A stretch of DNA of 64,000 bases from a bacterium. GTDB taxonomy: Bacteria > Patescibacteriota > Dojkabacteria > JAKAPS01 > JAJZLI01. This document shows positions 58,336 to 64,000 of this stretch, one piece after another. The DNA lies in NCBI GenBank assembly GCA_021810605.1, contig JAJZIL010000001.1, positions 67,412 to 131,411 of the forward strand, in the 5' to 3' direction. The notes beneath the pieces are model-generated. The model was given only the letters and a program-made list of their open reading frames with translations. It did not search any database and was not told where the DNA came from. The stretch's first letter is position 1. Each line of letters opens with the position of its first letter. A program made the translations under genes and the position numbers.

Positions 58336-59604
58336 GTGGGATATATAAAGAATATAAAAGACTTATCAAAAAATAATAAGAGAGATGTAGTATTATCCCT
58401 CATAGAAGTAGCTCTTAGCTCAATTGATCCGAGCAATGTGCTTAATGAAAGTATAAATTATTCACAAGGAATATTAACTGTACAAAATCAAGAATTTAAT
58501 TTATCTAAGTATAAAAAAATATATCTTTTAGGTATAGGAAAAGGCTCCTCATATCTATCAAGTTTGATAAATTCTAAATTGGAAGAACATATAGAAAAGG
58601 GTTTTGTAATTGATCTTATTGGAGAGAGTAGTAAGAATATTAAAACTACAATAGGGACACATCCTTTACCTTCTGCTACTAATTTTGAATTTACAAAGAA
58701 TGTAATATCAGAATTCCAGAACCTATCTTCAGAGGATTTAGTAATTAGTATAATATGTGGAGGAGGATCTTCTCTTTTTGAATATAGTAGCATATCTCTG
58801 GAAGATAAGATTAGAGTAGAGAGTGAACTTCTACACTCAGGAGCTGATATCTATGAAATGAATACTCTTAGAAAACATTTATCTCTTGTTAAAGGAGGTA
58901 ATCTTGCAAAAATTTGTTATCCTGCAACTGTTATAAATCTAATATTCTCAGATGTTCTAGGAAATGATCTCTCTTTTATTGCATCAGGTCCTTTAGTATA
59001 TGATGAAACTACAAGAGAAGATGCTATTAAAATAGTCAAAAAATATAGTATTGATATTGATATAGAATTTATAAAAGAGACACCAAAAGATAAATCTATA
59101 TTTATAGGAGTTAAAAATTTTCTATTACTGACTAATATGACACCACTTAAGGCTATGGAAAATAAAGCTCAACAAATGGGTATTAAAGTATCAATATTTT
59201 CAGATAGAGTAAATGGTATTGCTAGAGATTTAGGATGTCAGCTTATAAATAAATGTCATAAAGGTGAGATTCTTCTTGCAGGAGGAGAAACAACTGTTGT
59301 AGTAAAAGGAAAAGGTATGGGAGGGAGAAACCAGGAAGTTGTTGCTGGTGCATTTGATTGTATTAAGGACAATATAATTATAACTTCTTTTGGTACTGAT
59401 GGTTGGGATAATTATCTTGTTGCAGGTGCAATTGCCGATATTGATTCTATAAAAAGATCAAAAGAATTATCTTTAGATGTAAAATATTATTTAGATAATA
59501 ATAATACTTTACCTTTTTTTCAAAGTTTAGAAGATACTATAGATACAGGAAAATTATCTTCAAATGTATCGGATTTAATGATAGTCTACAAATTTGCAAC
59601 ATAA
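58336..59604 (+). CDS. glycerate 2-kinase (MOFRL family)
   Basis: LLGIGKGSSYL ... IICGGGSSLFE ... LLAGGETTVVVKGKGMGGRNQE match MOFRL glycerate kinases; apparent GTG start. Confidence 0.7.
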   Translation: MGYIKNIKDLSKNNKRDVVLSLIEVALSSIDPSNVLNESINYSQGILTVQNQEFNLSKYKKIYLLGIGKGSSYLSSLINSKLEEHIEKGFVIDLIGESSKNIKTTIGTHPLPSATNFEFTKNVISEFQNLSSEDLVISIICGGGSSLFEYSSISLEDKIRVESELLHSGADIYEMNTLRKHLSLVKGGNLAKICYPATVINLIFSDVLGNDLSFIASGPLVYDETTREDAIKIVKKYSIDIDIEFIKETPKDKSIFIGVKNFLLLTNMTPLKAMENKAQQMGIKVSIFSDRVNGIARDLGCQLINKCHKGEILLAGGETTVVVKGKGMGGRNQEVVAGAFDCIKDNIIITSFGTDGWDNYLVAGAIADIDSIKRSKELSLDVKYYLDNNNTLPFFQSLEDTIDTGKLSSNVSDLMIVYKFAT

Positions 59605-59630
59605 AGTTTCGAGTGTTATATTAAATATAT

Positions 59631-60491
59631 ATGCTCAACGATATTACTGATAAAAAAGTAAAATTTTTAGAAGAAAAAGCATTAGAAATAAGGGAAGCAA
59701 TAATACATATGCTCTTGACTGCTAAGTCAGGTCATACTGCAGGTCCTTTAGGTTTAGCTGATATATTTTCTGTTCTATATTTTCATACTCTAAATCATTT
59801 TCCTCATGATCCAGAATGGGAAGATCGAGATAGATTGATTCTATCTAATGGTCATGTTTGTCCTGTTAGATATGCAACTATGGCTCTATCTGGTTATTTC
59901 CCTTTAAAAGAATTATCCACTCTTAGACAATTAGATTCAAGATTACAAGGTCATCCTCATAGGACTTCACTACCTGGGCTTGAAACTACATCTGGACCAT
60001 TAGGAGAGGGAATTTCACAGGCAATAGGTATCGCTTTATCTGCAAAACTAGATCAGAAAGATTATCATGTGTATGTTATTACTGGAGATGGTGAACATAA
60101 TGAAGGCAATATCTGGGAATCTATTATGATGGGATCAAGATATAAATTAGATAATCTTACTGTCATAATAGATAGAAATAATATACAAATTGATGGTTTT
60201 ACTGAAAATGTTATGCCTCTTGATGATTTAAGTGCAAAATATGAATCATTTGGATGGTTTGTAATTGATATAGATGGGAATAATATAAGTGAGATTGCTC
60301 AGTCTCTTGCAAAAGTGCAAAATATTCATGAGAAACCGACTGTAATAATTGCACATACTATTCCTGGAAAAGGGGTTGATTTTATGCAGAATGATTATCT
60401 TTGGCATGGAAAACCTCCAAAACCAGATGAAGCAAAGGTTGCTTTAAAGGAGCTTAGAACACTTAAAAATAAAATTGAGAATGATTATTAA
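59631..60491 (+). CDS. transketolase, N-terminal (TPP-binding) subunit
   Basis: SGHTAGPLGLADIFSVLYFHTLNHFPHDPEWEDRDRLILSNGH and GDGEHNEGNIWE (TPP motif). Confidence 0.9.
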   Translation: MLNDITDKKVKFLEEKALEIREAIIHMLLTAKSGHTAGPLGLADIFSVLYFHTLNHFPHDPEWEDRDRLILSNGHVCPVRYATMALSGYFPLKELSTLRQLDSRLQGHPHRTSLPGLETTSGPLGEGISQAIGIALSAKLDQKDYHVYVITGDGEHNEGNIWESIMMGSRYKLDNLTVIIDRNNIQIDGFTENVMPLDDLSAKYESFGWFVIDIDGNNISEIAQSLAKVQNIHEKPTVIIAHTIPGKGVDFMQNDYLWHGKPPKPDEAKVALKELRTLKNKIENDY

Positions 60492-60493
60492 TT

Positions 60494-61483
60494 ATGTTAA
60501 ATGATGAACTATTTTTAAATAAAAATATATTTTCTGATTCTGTAGAAAAAAAGGCTACAAGAGAGGGATATGGTGATGAACTGGTAATCTTAGGAGATGA
60601 AAATAATAATATAGTTGTTCTTACTGCAGATCTAGCAGAGTCTACTAAAGTAGATAAATTTCAAAAGAAATATCCAGATAGATTTTTTGAATGTGGTATA
60701 GCAGAGCAAAGTATGGTTGCTGTAGCTGCAGGGTTTGGAGTAAATGGTAAAAGAGCTTTTAGTTCATCATATGCAACTTTTTCTCCTGGAAAGAATTGGG
60801 AAACGATTCGTACTACCGTTGCATATAATGATTCTGATGTAAAAATAGCAGGACATCATGCAGGTCTTATGACCGCACAAGACGGTGCGACTCATCAAGC
60901 ATTAGAAGATATAGCTCTTATGAGAGTTCTTCCTAATATGAAAGTACTTTGTCCATGTGATTATTATGAAGCTATGAAAGTTACAAAAACTGCAGGAGAA
61001 AACTATGGCCCATTTTATCTAAGATTTACAAGAGAGGTTACTCCTGTAATTACTACTGAAGCTACTCCATTTACACTTGGAGAAAATTATTCTTATTGGA
61101 TAAGTGAAAAACCTCAGTGTATAGTCTTTGCAACAGGTTATACTCTTTATTATGCACTTCTGGCTGCAAGTTTACTTAAAAAGGAAGGTATAGAATTAGA
61201 AGTAATAAATATTTCTTCTATAAAACCTATAAATAAAGAATTTATAGTATCTAAGGTTAAGAATGTGAGAAAAGTACTAACAGTAGAAGATCATCAAGTT
61301 GCAGGAGGAATGGGGTCTTTAATAGCTGAGATTCTTTCTCAAGAGTGCCCATCCTTTATAGAATTTGTTGGTATGAATGATCAATTTGGAGAATCAGGGA
61401 CTTTTTCAGAACTTGTATCAAAGTATAGTATAGATGAGAAAGGTATAATAAAATTAATTTACAAATTATTAAAAAAATCATGA
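60494..61483 (+). CDS. transketolase, C-terminal (pyrimidine-binding) subunit
   Basis: FFECGIAEQSMVAVAAGF; immediately follows the N-terminal subunit gene (2-nt gap). Confidence 0.9.
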   Translation: MLNDELFLNKNIFSDSVEKKATREGYGDELVILGDENNNIVVLTADLAESTKVDKFQKKYPDRFFECGIAEQSMVAVAAGFGVNGKRAFSSSYATFSPGKNWETIRTTVAYNDSDVKIAGHHAGLMTAQDGATHQALEDIALMRVLPNMKVLCPCDYYEAMKVTKTAGENYGPFYLRFTREVTPVITTEATPFTLGENYSYWISEKPQCIVFATGYTLYYALLAASLLKKEGIELEVINISSIKPINKEFIVSKVKNVRKVLTVEDHQVAGGMGSLIAEILSQECPSFIEFVGMNDQFGESGTFSELVSKYSIDEKGIIKLIYKLLKKS

Positions 61484-63138
61484 ATGATATAAATGAATTA
61501 AAACAAGAAATACAGAAAAGAATAAAAGGTGAAGTATCTGATGATAATGATGTTCTAGAATTTCATAGTAGAGATACTTCAATTTTTAAAAGAAGACCTC
61601 AACTTGTAGTATTTCCTTATTCACAAGAGGATATTGAAGAGTTGGTTAAGATTGTAAATGAGAATAAAGCTCAAATAGCAAATTTATCTATAACTCCACG
61701 TTCTGGTGGAACTTGTATGTCAGGAGGAACTATTACAGACTCAATTGCTCTTGATATGAAGTATCTTAATAAACTTAAAAAATTCTCTAAAGAAGATATG
61801 TATGCTATTGTAGAACCAGGTTTGTATTATAGAGATTTTGAAAAAGTAGCAGATGAGAATAATGTTGTATATCCATCATATCCTGCATCAAAAAATATCT
61901 GTGCATGGGGTGGAATTGTTAATAATAATTCAGGTGGAGAAAAATCTTTGAATTATGGAAAAACTCAAGATCATGTAGAAGAAGTAAATATGATACTTTC
62001 TGATGGATCCTTATATAATTTCAAAAAATTAACTAAAACTGAATTAGACGAAAAAATGAAAGGAGATGGATTTGAGGCAGATATATATAGAAAAACATTT
62101 GATTTATTTGAAAAGAATGATGAATTTATAAAGAAATCCAAACCTAATGTGTCAAAAATATCATCTGGATATAATATTTGGAATGTTTGGAATAAAGAAG
62201 ATCAGACTTTTAATCTTTCTCAAGTCTTTATTGGAGCTCAAGGTACTTTGGGTGTTATGACTGATGCAAAAATAAAATTTATAGAGAAGAAAAAATATGA
62301 AGGTATGTTAATTGTATTTATGGATAGTTTTGATAATCTTCCTGAAATAATAAATCATGTACTAAAATATAAACCAGAAAGTTTTGAAAGTTTTGATAAT
62401 TATACTTTTAAATTAGCATTAAAATTCTTTTTTGCATTTTCTAAACTTTTGGGAAGTAATATATTAAAAATGCCTTTTGAATTTTTTCCAGAATTTATGC
62501 TTGTTCTAAGAAATGGTCTTCCTAAGTTAATTCTTTTAATTGAATTCAATGAAGATAATAAGGAGATAATTGATGAGAATATTTCTAATCTTGAAAAAGA
62601 CTTATCAGTATATAAGAATGCATATATGAGAAAAGCAAAAAATGATCGCGATATCGAAAAATATTTTGCTATAAGAAGAGAAAGTTTTAATCTTCTTAGA
62701 CAAAGGATAAAAAATTTAAAATCAGCACCATTTATAGATGATATTATAGTAAGACCTGAGAATCTTCCAGATTTTCTGCCTAAAATTTATGATATATTAG
62801 ATTCAGAAAAGCTTCTTTATACAGTCGCTGGACATATGGGGGATGGTAATTTCCATATTATTCCACTTATGGATTTAAGACTTAAAGAGGAAAGAGATAA
62901 AATATTTAGAATTGCAGATAAGGTTTATGATCTAGTTCTCTCATATAAGGGAGTTATTACTGCAGAACATAATGATGGTTTAATTAGAAGTCCATATCTT
63001 CTACAGGAGTATGGGGACGATATATATAATATATTTAAAGAGTTAAAAAATATATTTGATCCACATTTTATATTTAATCCAAATAAAAAGATTGGAATAA
63101 CAAAGGAATTTTCGGCATCACTGATAGCTGATGATTAA
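61480..63138 (+). CDS. FAD-binding oxidoreductase (GlcD / D-lactate dehydrogenase-like, PCMH-type FAD domain)
   Basis: PRSGGTCMSGG FAD-binding motif about 80 aa from the N-terminus; 552 aa. Confidence 0.7.
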   Translation: MNDINELKQEIQKRIKGEVSDDNDVLEFHSRDTSIFKRRPQLVVFPYSQEDIEELVKIVNENKAQIANLSITPRSGGTCMSGGTITDSIALDMKYLNKLKKFSKEDMYAIVEPGLYYRDFEKVADENNVVYPSYPASKNICAWGGIVNNNSGGEKSLNYGKTQDHVEEVNMILSDGSLYNFKKLTKTELDEKMKGDGFEADIYRKTFDLFEKNDEFIKKSKPNVSKISSGYNIWNVWNKEDQTFNLSQVFIGAQGTLGVMTDAKIKFIEKKKYEGMLIVFMDSFDNLPEIINHVLKYKPESFESFDNYTFKLALKFFFAFSKLLGSNILKMPFEFFPEFMLVLRNGLPKLILLIEFNEDNKEIIDENISNLEKDLSVYKNAYMRKAKNDRDIEKYFAIRRESFNLLRQRIKNLKSAPFIDDIIVRPENLPDFLPKIYDILDSEKLLYTVAGHMGDGNFHIIPLMDLRLKEERDKIFRIADKVYDLVLSYKGVITAEHNDGLIRSPYLLQEYGDDIYNIFKELKNIFDPHFIFNPNKKIGITKEFSASLIADD

Positions 63139-63162
63139 AATATTTTAACCAAATACTCTGAG

Positions 63163-64000
63163 ATGAAGATTTGGAAAATAAAATTAGATAGAAGAAAGCA
63201 TCTTGGACTTTTTGCAGCAGTGCTGTTTTCCATTGGTAGTATAGTTGGAGGAGGAATTTTTGCTCTTACTGGTTTAGCAATAAAAGATTCGGGATACTTA
63301 TCTCTTATTTCTTTTTTTATAGCATTTATAATTATTCTAATATCGGCACTATCGTACTCTCAGTTATCTATAATGTATCCATCAGATGGAGGTGGTTATC
63401 TTTTTACAAAAGAGTTATTAGGAAATTTTTGGGGTTTTCTAACAGGGTGGGGTATATATATTAGTAGTTGTATTTTTATAGCATTTGTACTTCATATATT
63501 TGGAATATATCTTAGAGAATTTTTTATTCATTCTCTAAGTAGTACAGAGGCATCAGTTATAGCCTTTATTGTACTTTTTGTGGCTGCAATTTTGAATATT
63601 TCAGAAACAGGGTGGTTTGAAGGAACTTTAGTATTTTTTAATATATTAATATTATTAATATTTATTGTAATAGGTTTATTTCATATACAAGGATTTAGTT
63701 CTCATTATTATATAAGTAGTTTTAAATCTATATTCTCTACTATTGAGATTATATTTATATCATTTATGGGTTTTCAAGCTATTACTAATATATCCCAAGA
63801 AGTAGAGACTCCTAGAAAAAATATACCAAGAGCAATATTTATCTCTCTTTTTTTAGTATTAATATTATATCTTTTAATTGATATTGTCGTACTCTCAGTT
63901 CTAAAAGGTTCATTTGGAGTATCTTCAGTTATCATTGCAGCAGAAAGAATTATGGGACCTTTCTTTATATTACTTCCTATCTCTGCTTTAATATCAACTC
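63163..64000 (+). CDS. amino acid permease (APC superfamily), partial, continues beyond window
   Basis: LFSIGSIVGGGIFALTGLAIKDSG consensus of APC transporters; multiple TMs. Confidence 0.7.
   Translation, partial: MKIWKIKLDRRKHLGLFAAVLFSIGSIVGGGIFALTGLAIKDSGYLSLISFFIAFIIILISALSYSQLSIMYPSDGGGYLFTKELLGNFWGFLTGWGIYISSCIFIAFVLHIFGIYLREFFIHSLSSTEASVIAFIVLFVAAILNISETGWFEGTLVFFNILILLIFIVIGLFHIQGFSSHYYISSFKSIFSTIEIIFISFMGFQAITNISQEVETPRKNIPRAIFISLFLVLILYLLIDIVVLSVLKGSFGVSSVIIAAERIMGPFFILLPISALIST

Noticed and set aside
1-64000. Possible alternative genetic code (UGA recoding as in some CPR/Mollicutes)
   Set aside because: Long conserved genes (dnaK 644 aa, dnaA, pnp, infB, pilB) are uninterrupted under the standard code with normal stops, so no recoding is needed.
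1-64000. CRISPR arrays, rRNA, tRNA, IS elements or integrases
   Set aside because: Scanned the larger intergenic spacers (2917-3232, 4370-4698, 23335-23751, 28420-29205, 58020-58335). There are no regularly spaced direct repeats and no GC-rich cloverleaf-like islands. No transposase-like or integrase-like ORF is present.

Overview
The window is a very AT-rich (roughly 70% A+T by eye), gene-dense stretch from a small, reduced bacterial genome, about 65 CDS in 64 kb. Its content resembles a CPR/Patescibacteria-like lineage with a Gram-positive-type envelope. Long conserved genes (dnaK, dnaA, pnp) are intact under the standard code, so there is no UGA recoding. No rRNA, tRNA, CRISPR array or obvious IS/transposase was seen. 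Main blocks: (1) a replication-origin neighbourhood with trx, two pilin paralogs, dnaA (perfect DnaA box upstream), an AT-rich dnaA-dnaN spacer with DnaA-box-like sites, dnaN, and a coupled Zn-ribbon/DUF721 (DciA-like) pair; (2) an envelope glycopolymer operon (WecA/TagO-like GT4 plus an unusual 688-aa epimerase-like/TM/extracellular protein); (3) an hrcA-grpE-dnaK heat-shock operon with a non-canonical CIRCE-like operator; (4) a SHOCT protein and two paralogous secreted proteins; (5) an HD-domain dNTPase-like gene and a tightly coupled pentose-phosphate operon (cyclase-family hydrolase, gnd, tal, rpiB, rpe) with zwf-pgi nearby and no recognisable pgl; (6) rpmH-rnpA-yidC, displaced about 20 kb from dnaA; (7) a type IV pilus cluster (pilC, three pseudopilins, a PilX-like large minor pilin, a PilM-PilN fusion, a PilO-like gene) containing a decayed PQQ beta-propeller pseudogene, with pilB a few kb away; (8) GGDEF, NDH-2 and a DUF4143 AAA ATPase; (9) the most unusual locus, a Gram-positive-style type IV secretion-like module: a PrgI/VirB3-like protein fused to a long low-complexity region and a CarboxypepD_reg-like domain, a VirB4 homolog split into 228-aa and 836-aa ORFs (the latter with a roughly 230-aa N/S/T/P-rich tail), and an adjacent sortase, with no relaxase or coupling protein in the window; (10) housekeeping genes: dnaJ, family-4 UDG, a Lon AAA+-only protein lacking N-terminal and protease domains, a VIT transporter, nusA, a short infB, a degenerate DHH protein, pnp, rpsO, an SLT transglycosylase, glycerate kinase, split transketolase, an FAD oxidase and a partial amino-acid permease.
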